A stretch of 54,936 nucleotides of DNA, the filler included, from Sphacelaria rigidula (taxonomy: Eukaryota), in NCBI GenBank assembly GCA_964200075.2. It is 5 parts of 5 records of this genome, joined end to end, with 100 filler letters (N's around TTAATTAATTAA, not from the genome) between each part and the next. Parts side by side here need not be neighbours in the genome. Positions count along the whole stretch, not along the records: positions 33,023 to 43,929 come from CAXNAA020005703.1; positions 44,030 to 54,936 come from CAXNAA020005704.1; 3 more parts are not named here. The stretch is one strand, 5' to 3'. Numbering within the stretch: position 1 is the first letter of the stretch; every line of letters starts with the position of its first letter. Of the stretch, positions 35,776 through 47,200 are shown in pieces. A model generated the notes under the pieces. That model was not told the DNA's origin. It saw nothing but the letters and a program-made list of their open reading frames with translations, and searched no databases. Position numbers and translations under genes: made by a program.

Positions 35776-35862
35776 GGGGAGTGTACTCATTTGTTGATTG
35801 CTCTAGTCGTTTGACCATTGACCACGCATCCCTTTCGAGACGGAGCACCCGGGGGGGGGGGT
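35776..35862. repeat. G-tract-associated structured short repeat, short variant (best-preserved copy)
   Basis: ggggagtgtactcatttgttgattgctctagtcgtttgaccattgaccacgcatccctttcgagacggagcacc followed by a G run. Confidence 0.8.
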
Positions 35863-36799
35863 TCGGAATCGTCCTGCCGGAGGAAGAGGCAACGCCCACG
35901 GACAGACGAGAGGTGGCGCATCGACAGCAACCGTAATTGGGGTAAATGAAGGTCTGGCGGATGCAGCTATCGTGCCGTTACAGATCCGGCAGCACACTGT
36001 GCAGAATGATGCATCGAAGACGATCCATGACATTTGTCCCCCTCGACCACTGCATCCAGATGATTGGCTGATCGGTTTTACGACGCATGAAGTGATTCGC
36101 CAATCCAGCCGGGGTCACAAGGGTGCCAAAAGATCCAAGTAGAATAATTCTCGCCTGCAGCCTACACTACGGAGTCTTCCTCAGCATTAATGACTTCGCA
36201 GAACCCTCCACAATCTGTTGACATTGACTCCCCCCTGCACGGCTACAGCCACGCCAACTAAATCGGAACAGTTAGCATGGGCTCCCAAACGGCCAATCGA
36301 CTCGGCGCCAGTTGTTGTGCCCATTTATGTGTTGAATCAGCATCGTTTTCACTTGAAAAACGACGATCAGACCCAGTTGTCAATCTACGAGCGCTCAAAA
36401 GGAGTGGTTATTTATTTCGACACGTAGGACGACTCTCGTCAGTTGTACGGGTTGACGCCTCGCGAATGTCGAGTGACAGTTGTGAGCCAACGTGGAGTCA
36501 CTGCGGGCGTATCCGTGTATGTATCACACACACATGAGGAGAGGCAAATGCATGTCCGCAGTAGTATCGCACGAATTACGAGCGGGATTCTGTGCAGCAT
36601 GACTCGTGTAAAATTTGAATATGGACGAATGAGTCATGACAACAACAAATCAAGATTGAGCAAATATGTACGACCTCCTTGTCCGAATCTATGCGATAGG
36701 GGGCGGATATTCTTTTCCTTGTTCTAATTGAAGCTACTACTACCTACTATTGCCATTACCAACGCAAATATTGGCACATATTTGGGCCGGGACGAGATC

Positions 36800-37063
36800 T
36801 ATCTTCCGATTTTCTCCTTTTCTTTCTTTTCTTTTCCTTCTCTCAACTCTTCCTTTTTTCATGATCTTACTTTTCGCATTCTCCTGTATACTCCATTATT
36901 TTTCATCTCTTGCTCTCGCTTTCATGTTTTCCCTTTCCGGAGTTTCCTTTGGCAAGCGTGTCCGTTCCATTCGCCATGGATGCATCCAACCCATAAATAC
37001 TTGGGATTCCCGGGGAAACCATTGCGTCATGTGCGACAAGGAATCAATCAACCAATCCAATCA
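36800..37063 (+). mobile_element. LINE-type 3' UTR with (CAAT)n tail
   Basis: T/C-rich tract ending catgtgcgacaaggaatcaatcaaccaatccaatcaa. Confidence 0.45.
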
Positions 37064-37602
37064 AGGAAAATAAAATCAACTATATATTGGCAGACACACA
37101 CTACTCACCTATTTGGCCACTTGAAGCTCTCGGACGTCACAGGCCTCTTGCTTCTGCACATCTTGTAGCAGCAGCAGAACACTACATTTTGGGACAGCGG
37201 TCAACAGCGGACACGCACAAGAATGCACTATTAATCAACACACCTCCCCCCGTCTACCTCGTACATACACATACCTGTCGAACGCACAAATGTGATGGGG
37301 TTTCCAGACACCCCGCACGCCAACACGGCATGCTTCGACCCGCTCTACTGACTTGTCGGGGTCCCAACAAGTGCACCTTGGTAAGGACGACTGCCCAGTG
37401 CACATGTACATCGCCAAGGGACACATGGGCAACGTTCCTGTGCTGTAAAACTCTTGTTCCCCGCACAAGGATGTTGACACTTCGCGGATCTTAGAAGTAC
37501 ATGATCAAAAGTGTTCCCGCTCGGTGTTCCGCTGAAGCGATCGGATAAGGCCATCGACCGAGGTGAAATCGAGCGACCTCGTTGATCCTTCGACAGCGAG
37601 CT

Positions 37603-37950
37603 TCAAACCGGAACAGTATCGCCGACTGCTTGATGGGGTGGAGGGGAGGGGGGGGAATCCTGAGGGGGGAAGAATGCGGGTCCCCAGCTCCGAGGGCGTG
37701 TCAGAATGGGTACACCCGACATTGTTATATTTTGGAAGTCGCACATCACTTGCCCGAGTCGGTCACAATGGTAACAGCGCTGGGCTGGCTGCTGCTGTGG
37801 CCATGAGTCGGATCTCCACTCTTCAAAATGCCAAAATATAGACTCTACCCTACCCGACCTGCCCATGCCCAGCTCAATCAAAGCACCTTCCACCATCAAT
37901 CATTAGGTTTCCAGGGATTTGTTCTTCAGGTCGAGCAAGGGGTCCAGTAC
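37603..37950 (-). pseudogene. Decayed gag-like fragment with degenerate zinc knuckle (possible LTR retrotransposon relic)
   Basis: CYHCDRLGQVMCDF fits CX2CX4HX4C with H to Q (CAA) and C to F (TTC), each one base from consensus; in-frame stops upstream; Pro-rich downstream. Confidence 0.35.
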
Positions 37951-37967
37951 CCAGTATAGTTTGCTAC

Positions 37968-38270
37968 TTGGGAAGGTGCTGTGGATGTTTTTCAGTTCGA
38001 CTTGATTTTAGTGTGGACAGCGAAATCCGGATCTTTGCTGAGGCTGTGCTCCAAGCGTGCTCTTGACGTGCATAGAATGCGTTTTTGTCGAAATCGGTGC
38101 CTGGAGCGCCGATTTGAGGGCTGGCAATGCCTACGTTGCCTAGGCACCAATGTGTGCCTCCTTGCCCGAAGGTTCTTGGCGTGCCTTCGTTGGGGTTAGG
38201 GTTAGGGTTAGTGTTGGTGTTATAGCTTGTTCGAAATCATAATTTTTCGAGAAATTTCTCACCTTTCCAA
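37968..38270. mobile_element. MITE of the shared-core family carrying (GGGTTA)3
   Basis: Core gcgccgatttgagggctggcaatgc...ttgcccgaaggttcttgg matches 51680-51760; GGGTTAGGGTTAGGGTTAG at 38193-38211; short TIR ttgggaaggtg/cacctttccaa. Confidence 0.6.
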
Positions 38271-38894
38271 ATGGTAATCTAACCTCGTACTCGTACAACC
38301 CACAGAAAAAGGACAGCCCAAAAACCGTAGCATTCGAATCGTTTCACAAGGAACGAAAGGCTGGTGGAATTCGCCACGAACGGTGATTGAGTCCGCAGCA
38401 CTTGCGGCCGTGTGTGGAGGGAGACCATACAAGTTGTCGCCTACAGGTAAGCCTCAGTGTGTGGTGTCACATTCGGTGGGTGCCAACTCAGAAATATCAG
38501 CTAGTGAATGTCAAGGGCATAACCCCCGCTACGTGAGAGTATCACAAGACACTTACAGTCAGTCACGTTGGGCGAATCTCACGAGTTTCTAGAAATAATC
38601 ACGCTGAGCATCCATATCCAACTGGCGTCCACTTGCGCCACCCCATGTCTACATATCATCTTCTACACCCTGGGACTGTAAATTCCTTTTCCCGTAACAG
38701 TGTATGGTAGTTGGACGCTGAGAGGGTCATGCCTGGCACTCAGTTACTTTTCGACCCCTTGGGCGCCAGATGGTCCACGTCGCCCCGCTATCGACCACGG
38801 AAAATATGTGAAAAACAAAATCTAATTCTTTTATGGAATTCTTTCGGTATCAAGCATCTCCAAGACACTGACAAATTGTACTTAGCTGAGAACC

Positions 38895-39255
38895 GCCGGT
38901 CGCCCCGGTGGCTGAGTTGGTAACCTCGAAACCTTCTGACGGTTGGGTCGTGGGTTCGAATCTCGGAGCGGTCTGGGATTTTCCCCCACACAGTGCTCAA
39001 CAGTGGGGAGCGATCATGTCGTGGGTACGCCAAATTCGACTCAATGGTCGACGAGGGAAAGGGAATGCTGAACTCCTCTCGCGATAAACAAAGAAAGGTA
39101 AGCACCGTGCAACGACGATCGTGAACTACAATAAATCAAAAGAAAAGTGAAGAACTCCTGCGTTGGCCTTCCTCCTGTGTGACCCCGACTGGTGCGCCCA
39201 CATATACCGACAGGTCTAGACCGGCGTCCAGAATAGATGGGACAACACAACACAC
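38895..39255 (+). mobile_element. tRNA-derived SINE, full length
   Basis: A box TGGCTGAGTTGG, B box GGTTCGAATC, shared body, tail ACAACACAACACAC. Confidence 0.9.
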
Positions 39256-39366
39256 TTGGCATGTTTTCATGCAGTTATCGTTGGGTTTCTCCTTCTTTTC
39301 ATCCAATAGTTGCGTCTCAGTACCGGCTCATCAGACCCGCGCACGCGTGGAAGGTTGACACAAAAT

Positions 39367-39457
39367 GGGGGGGGAGGTACTCATTTGTTGCTTGCCTTAG
39401 TCGTTTGACCATTGGCCATGCATCCCTTCCGAGACGGAGGGGGGGGAGGGGGGGGGC
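39367..39457. repeat. G-tract-associated structured short repeat, short variant
   Basis: gtactcatttgttgcttgccttagtcgtttgaccattggccatgcatcccttccgagacgga between two G runs. Confidence 0.8.
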
Positions 39458-39969
39458 ACGGATCGGCCATCGCTTACTTACTCCTTGCACATACACACCA
39501 GTGCAGCGTGCGTCAGTGCAGACAGATACCAAATAGTCACCCTCATGCAGCAGTCTCGTTCTAGCGTACAGCCACCGTTGGTAGGACCCAGAGATGAAGT
39601 TACACGATCTGCATTTTCCTCGTTCCCTTGCACGTTCAACCCCTCCCCTTCCTGAAGACGAGTCCGTGGTTCTGAAGGGATCAACCCATCTCCCCCCGGT
39701 ACATTCCTGATATCTCGCCATCGCGGATTGGATCTTGACCTGCACTACCGCCGCTTGGACTCTCGTCAAACGAACTATCTTCGCTGCTCACGTCCTCCAG
39801 CCTTCAACGACGAGAATCAGATACTGTACTTCAAGGAAAAAGCCAAATGCATCTGGCAGGGATCGCACCTGCGTTCTTCCCACCCTAATGGTGTCCGTCA
39901 GTTGCACGATCAGACAGACCAACGGGGCACGGCGGCGTATTTGCAGAGTAGATATGAACGCAACCTACA

Positions 39970-40026
39970 AATGGCGCTGTACAAGTACTGCGGTAATGGC
40001 GCTGTACAAGTACTGCGGTAATGGCG
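39970..40026. repeat. Perfect 25-bp tandem duplication
   Basis: AATGGCGCTGTACAAGTACTGCGGT twice, followed by AATGGCG. Confidence 0.9.
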
Positions 40027-40269
40027 GTGCTATCGGTCCATACGAAACGCCGTGAGCTTGGCCAAACATAACTTCCGCTCGGACATTCACATCCTTATTT
40101 TCCCGTACTTTAAATTGAAAATGCCATCGACGGCTCCTTCATCTCCGCACCGACATTGCAGCAGAACCCCAACAATGTGGGCGTGTACCGTGGGATGACC
40201 GTGGCCTCGTATTACTCTTCCCACCGTCATAACCCAAGCTTACTTTCGGCTAGCGGGGCCTGATGTGTA

Positions 40270-40451
40270 CTGTGCTGGAAGTGTGCGTTGGCGGACCTCA
40301 AACCGGCGCTTGCGGCTCCGATTTAGGACGAAAACACGTTCTGACGAGCTAGGAGCACTCAGGATTGTCAGCCCCTCTAAAGATCCGGATATCGATGTTT
40401 CCTCTGAAATCAAGTAAAATCAAGTATCAACCATTATGTACGGTCTATGGG
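40270..40451. mobile_element. Partial MITE of the shared-core family
   Basis: gacctcaaaccggcgc...ccgatttaggacgaaaacacgttctgacgagct...gaaatcaagtaaaatcaagtatcaaccatt parallels 11540-11695. Confidence 0.65.
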
Positions 40452-40691
40452 TAAGGTCCATGTCTATTGTTGTAGACACCCACGTGACTCGCAGCGTGTT
40501 TTTGGCGCGCGAAAAAGTGTCCGTCCTCAACCAAATGGCTGTTCGCCAAACAAGTTATCCCGAACCCCCGGCTATACGAGTGGAGGGGGGGAAAAAATCC
40601 TGCTGACCGCTAGTTGGGCCGTTCAGGCACCCAACAGATCCCCCCCTGCCGTGTTAGTTTTATAGTTTTGACCAATAGGGTTGCAGCTTAA

Positions 40692-40789
40692 CCCTTGGAC
40701 CGCGAACGTAGTCCATCTGGACTAGGCATACTTTTTTCAAGTGAAATTGATGCCGATTCAACAGATTGTCTACTCTCGCCGTCCAAGGG
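40692..40789. mobile_element. 98-bp piggyBac-like MITE
   Basis: TTAA|CCCTTGGACCGCGA...TCGCCGTCCAAGGG|TTGA. Related relics at about 14495-14556, 23265-23370, 36330-36360 (reverse) and 43765-43820. Confidence 0.7.
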
Positions 40790-43700
40790 TTGAGGGCAGG
40801 TTGGGGCTTTCGTAACACGGGCCTCCCGAAGGCCCGGCATCCAACAGCCATTGATGGAACGATGAAAGAAAAACTTCGTGGGAGGGACAAGTTCACCGCT
40901 GCAGTATGTGTGTGTGTGCGTGTGTGCGTCGACTTGTGTTTCTTATCCTCGGCTGGACGTTGGGAATGGGGGATAGAATTCTCGGAAAACCTCCAGCCCA
41001 AAATCACAGCAGAGCACCACTAAACCATAACCGTAGACGCCACCTGGAGCATGTACACCCCCCACCCACCAAGTGCGCCCCGCCCTTCGGCTGTTCCGCA
41101 GAAGAAAAAGTTTAGCTATGTGTCTTGGCCGCATCTATGAACTAACTACTGTTTTATACGGTTTCAAATTGTGATGCTGTATGGCAATGCGGCTGGCCTC
41201 GGCCTGAGCACAAACACAAAATTGTCTGTGCTATATACGGTGCGCGCGCATGTGCGTGGCATGACAACGGATTTTTCTGCGCAGGCGTTGCCTCGTCACC
41301 GACAATAGCTGTTTGGGACCTTCGACTGGAGAAAAAAAAGGGGGGTCACGGTGCCGCGGGGCCCCGAAGGAGCTGATGCAGACACACTATACAGTGTAGA
41401 AGCCTTGATTGTATCATTACACTTGCGGTGAGTTCATGTTCAACATTTCACTGGAAGACAATATTTTTTTCCTTGACAAATCAATGCAGACCCAGATGAC
41501 CTACAGTGCACTGGAGTCGAAGGAAGAATCAACTGTGCTACTATACAGAAAGGATATCGCGGAAAGGGCGGAGTATTCCTGGCCGTTGACTCTAAACCAA
41601 GGGCAGCTTTCCTCTCAAATGGTCCAGGCCCCATCGGCGCGCGTACTGGCTGTACATGCGCACCAAGATCCGCCCGGTGTTGAGAGTGCTGATCGCGTGA
41701 GTCGCGACGACAGGCTGCCATAAGACAACACATCATTCTTCAAGGACAGCTGTGTAATCCCTTCGGGGACAACGGTCGCAAAAGTATGTCTACGGTGCGT
41801 GCGTTCCTTAGACGGATGAAAGGACATTCAGCATGTAACGGTACATGGGTAGCATGGCGGTTGCTGGATTTTGCTCACGTGCTGCTGTGAGGTACTGTAT
41901 CTAAAACCTAATGGCAAGCTGGGCATTGGCAGCATTTGCACATTTGCACATGCTTCTTCAAACGCCAACATGATGACAGACGTGGAGTGGTTGCTCGTTG
42001 CTTTATTGTTGTATTGCGGTGCTACCATCTACCGCGCGGTGGTGTCTGTGGTGCCACTGTACTGATTATGCTGTACTCACGGGAATGCGCTGGGCTCGGT
42101 GACTCTATACTCAGAACAGATTTTCTCGTGACTCCAGTTGACCCAGCGCACCATAGGTACTGACCTACGGCAGTGGTACTCTTCAGTGGCTGGGTGAGAA
42201 AAACTCACCGCATATGATACAGCACAGGGACACCGCCACCACGATGACCAAACCATATTCGTTGTTAACGATGAAATCCTGCAGGAGGTTCAAGCAGCTC
42301 AGGAGAACATTGCCCATCTTCCGCGCTGATCAGAACTCAGAGCCCCTGCACCTGGGTGAACAGACGACGCCGTCGCCGTCGATTCCACAACTCGGGGTAT
42401 CTGTTATAGAAGACTCTGGAGTTACGCCCTGGCAAGATCTTCAAAAGAATAGTTCGGCAGAGAAGGGAGTACCGTTTCTCGGAGTTGCGGGGCCTCGCTT
42501 CTCGAGAGCAGCAAGTTAGGATTCACGAACTACACGTACCCACACCCGACGGGTGTTATCCTCCGTAGGCGACCACTTGGTATGATATCTGGACACCCAG
42601 TTGGCCACTGCGTTGCGGCCGAACCTCGCTCGATGTGCGGTCCGGCTTTGTTGTGTTGTACCACTCAAACCCACAGCCGATCCACGGCGATCCTCTCCCA
42701 CCCACCAATTCCCTGGTTTCGCTTTGTCGCTTCCCTGGTGGGCTTCTATGCTGGTATGGGGCCAGGGGTAGTCCGTTTGCGTGCGCGCCAAGGGCAGGTA
42801 ATCCTACAGGGAACGAGATTGTCCCGGAGCCAACCTTGAAGCCGAGAAATATATCCTTGACTGGTGTTCACCCTGCTTGCAGCAATCTCTTGTTGCACAC
42901 AGCAGGTCGCTATTGACTATATGATCACTACTATTTGTGTGTGCAAGGGGCTCTCCAGCTTTGAGAAAGAGAGCAGACCTGGCTAACCACTGCTGTCCAG
43001 CTGGAGCAAGTACCGGTCTGTCCTTGTCTGTATCGTCGTATTGTCTGTTCTGATTATGATTCCAATATCTCACATGCGCTTCATGAGCAGACCCGTGGTG
43101 AACTTCAAGTCTCAGTATATCTTCAGCCTCAAGAAGAATAATGCTTTATGGACAGATCGCGCCTTGGGGGTTGTCTACCACGATTTGTAGTCCACTAATA
43201 CCCTCAGCTGCATATATACTGCTGTGATCGCAATAAAATGTCCTCCCTCTCGAACTTGCTGTTCTTTTTTTTTGATGATGCTATAAATTCCGAATTTCAT
43301 GATTATAATAATAATGGGGTCATGATACACGACAGCATCTTGTTCACCACGACGAGTGCTTATCGTACTTCAGAATAGTAGTATACTACCGTATCATTAT
43401 CGAGGAAAAGGAGTAGACCACAGGTAGACTTTTGTGCATGTACGAGCCGCGCCGGCCGAGGCCTCGTCGCCGCAGGTCGCAGGTCATGCGCGGCGCAATT
43501 TTTCGAATTTCTGGGTGAAATTTTGACACCTCGGAGAGACAAAAGGGATACGTTCATTTGGCTAAAAGTCGCCGCGGTTGTTGAGATATGATTTGTGGAA
43601 GGAATATCCGTTTCATCACGGCGACCCAGCTAGTAGACACTGGTACTGTCTGGATGTGTTGTTCAATAGTCGATGCGCGATGATCTGGGGGCTCACAACT

Positions 43701-44289
43701 TGGCCGCCAGGGCGGGTCAGTTGGGTCTCAAATAAATTCTTCGATTGAAAATTTGATCATGAATGAATAATGATGCCGATTCAATAAAAAATTGACCCTA
43801 ATCGCATTCAAAGGGGTTAAGCTCTCCACAATATTTTTGTGGGGTACAGTACAGTACCGGCCCGCTGGTAAGAAACGCGTCAGTAAGAAAATCAGCCTCA
43901 AGTTTGAGACAAACTTAAGAAACGGCCCANNNNNNNNNNNNNNNNNNNNNNNNNNNNNNNNNNNNNNNNNNNNTTAATTAATTAANNNNNNNNNNNNNNN
44001 NNNNNNNNNNNNNNNNNNNNNNNNNNNNNCTGTAACCGTAAATGCGATTTCAGCCGTTTTCCCCCCTAATTCCGCGGCACATGCCACCCTCAACTCTCTA
44101 CACTTCGCAGCTGACTACAGTTTGGTATTTCGTTTGAGGGTAACTCGTCAGATCGCAGTGCTAGGTGAAGTGAAAGACGCGCGTTGTTTTGCAGGTTACC
44201 ACGATGTGTCACAGTAGGCACAAATCGCGATAGATCGTCAGTTATACCCGGCTGAAGGAAAGTCCACTTCTTAGGCGACCCAGCCTGTA

Positions 44290-47200
44290 GCTACAAACTT
44301 TGTCGGTGTAGTCTTGTGTGCCGCTGGAAAGGTGGTACCCCGTCTGACCAGGAAGCCACGTTTACCGGAATGGTTCGAGGATGCTGCCATCCGAACGGAG
44401 TTCAAACAGGTCTGAAATTACAGGGAAGGGGCGAGATCAACGGTGCGACTGGGGCCATCACGTGATGAACCCGCACGGTGGAAATTGCGGGTAGCACGCA
44501 AAAATGTGCAAGAGGTGATCCAAGTTGGGGGGGATAAATATATGGACGTGTACCACAAAGAGTTGGAGTATACTCGAGCGGGGGGCATGAGAGGATGGTA
44601 CAGGCACCTCAAAGGAGGCTGAAGACTGTCTAAACGACAAATCGAGAGTGAGCAGTACATTCGAGATGAGGACGGCAATATACTGCGGGACAAAGGCTTG
44701 ATCAGTGAGAGATGGGGACGGTACTTCTCCACGTTGCTGAACGCCATATCGACAACTATCGACCGAAACGTCATCGATTGCACAGCGACCAACAGCGCTG
44801 TTACTAGGAGAACCACCAAGCCCAAGTGAAACTGAGGAGGCTCTGAGAGCTACAGGCTGGTTCAGGTATATCACCCCAAAAACACTCATCGGCAAAACCT
44901 CACGTCGTTTCAAGGAGTTGGACACTGAAATTTTGCACAGATGTGCTATGGGGGAATTACGCACCTTTCGAAGGTCGAGGTTTTTCGATTTTTCGACTTT
45001 TTCACCGTTCCGTGGGGGTCCCAGTTTTTTTCCGGGAAACATCGATCCAATCGGACCCCCGTAAAACGGTAAAGAAGAAAAATTAAAAAAACCTCGTTCA
45101 TCCAAAGTTGCGTAATGACTCATAGCATAGCTGTGAAAAATGTCAGGGCTTCAACTCCTTAAAACGGCGTGAGGTTTTCCGCTTTTGTGCGATGAACTTT
45201 GACGTGCCGCGGTGAAACCGCGAACCACTTGATTTTAGAACGAAAACGGCGTTTTTGGGCCTTCTTTGACGTGGACATGTAAATTCAAGCATCAGTTGAT
45301 CGAGTTTTGCGACGAGAGTTTGTGGGACCCTTTCTCGGATCATGCAGGGACAGCTCGCTCACGAAAAAATGAAAAAAATATCGTCGTGCCGGTTTCACCG
45401 GGTCCCAGAATGTAGACTACTCCAACAAAATGACTTGGACCCCTGCGGGACCCCCGAAAAACGGTTAAAAACTCGAAAAGTAAAAGAACACGATCAATAG
45501 AAAGTTGCGTAATGATGCATAGCATGTTTGCGCAAAGTGTTAGGATCTAACTCCTAATAACGGCGTGAAGGTTTGCGCGTTTGCGGATGACGTGGGCTTG
45601 AAACGTGCGACTCCGAACTACCTGGTTTTAGTATTGAAACGTCTTTTGAGGTGAACTTTACGTCAAGGCAAGAAAAACTGTATGAGGTTTTCGATTTTCT
45701 CCACCAAACTTTGTACATGTGTTTCTTGGACGATCCCAGGACGCATCGTCTCATTATTTTTCTTTCAGGGCATTCTGTACCGCCTTCCGGGGGTCTTCAT
45801 ATTGGGACTCTCGGGAAGCCGGTAGAGAAGGGAGAAAACATGAAATATTGTCAAGAACACAATTTTTCCATTTGGAGTGTCAATACCTACGGAACTGCCG
45901 AGTTTGAGGGCGATCTGAGCTCTTCTACAACAGATATAGGGGACACCGTCGCGAGGCTCCCTCGATCTTTCGTGCGTATCATGAATGGAAATTAGACAAC
46001 GCCAACACCCGACATCACCGAGACATCACAGTTTCGGGTATAATTCGACCCCGTAGTAACCGTTTTCAACTATGTGTTTTTCGTTAGATTCCCGAGCCGA
46101 TGACGGTTACTAAGATTTCAAGCATGTGGAGATTGGGTGGAAATTTGGCTTGGAATTCGTAATTTGGATCTCGGCACAATTTGACGGGCGCTGATTGGTC
46201 GATAGACCTTTTCGCCCTTAGCGCTACCACTATGGCCTTACACTTAAATCCGGCTATGTCACGCTCTTCAGCTGCCCATGGCGGTCAGTATGATATCATG
46301 TACGCGACTATTAGGTAGGTATTGCGGAAGGCATTTGCTGATGACACAATTTTGGGTGATAAGCGTGAACCAGCCTGTATGTCGAACAGCAAAGCAACCT
46401 GTCCGGATGGTCCACCTGCTAAAATCTTGAAGGTTAAACTGAACGAGGAGGCGCCGGACAATCTGTACCACTTCCGCAGTGTCGTCTCTGCGGTTTGAAC
46501 ATCTGGTGAGGTGCCACGGGAACAGAAATATGTCACCATCAACGTACTGCACAAAAAAATATGGGAACCAGTGTGTGGTAACTACAAAAACATTCAACTT
46601 GTGGCACATGCTGCTGGAATTATCCTCAAAAACGTAGCCAACAGGCTCGGTAATGTATGGGAGGAAATATATGTCTTCCCGGAAGAGCAGGGGGGATTTA
46701 GGCGCCAACAATCGACCACAGACATGATGTATGTGGTACGCCGACTTCACGAGTTGGGATGAGCGAGCAACGTCCCACAAAACATGGGCTTTATCGACCT
46801 GCAAAAAGCCTACGATTCCGTAGACTGCACGCTCTTGTGGGAAGCGCTTGTTTGGTTTGGAGTCCCGCCGCGAATGATCACAATCATCCGTATTTCACGA
46901 CAGCATGCGAGCTCGGGTACAGCTAGATGATGGCGAACTATCAGCGTGGTTCCACGTCTGCCAGGGACTCAGACAAGGTTGCGTTTCGTCCCCGCTGTTG
47001 TTCAACATCTTCGGAGCAGCCTTGGTCGATGTGATCGTTCAGCGGTTCGCGGCGGATCCAGTCATCGTCGCAGACTTGGTATTTCTAGATGATGCGCCAA
47101 AAGGTGACAGTGGTGAACCCCTGGAAGAGACACCGCTGGAAAAGGTACGACGCGCGGTGTGGGCAATGCTTCATGCGGACGACGCTGGCATAGGTCTCGA

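Noticed and set aside
38193-38211. (GGGTTA)3 as a telomere or chromosome-fusion scar
   Set aside because: Only three units, internal to a MITE family that carries the same tract at about 51771.
38895-38975. tRNA gene-like sequence (also at 1, 11833, 21038)
   Set aside because: Poor D/T arms and acceptor pairing, anticodon loop differs between copies, and each is followed by the same body: SINE heads, not tRNA genes.
41570-42320. Possible small spliced minus-strand gene (MGNVLLSCLNLLQDFIVNNEYGLVIVVAVSLCCIIC..., three GTGAG donors)
   Set aside because: Candidate exons do not chain into one open frame and the first intron would be only about 44 nt; unsupported without RNA data.
44458-45123. 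221-aa minus-strand ORF
   Set aside because: A chance fusion of MITE sequence and the antisense of the LINE ORF.
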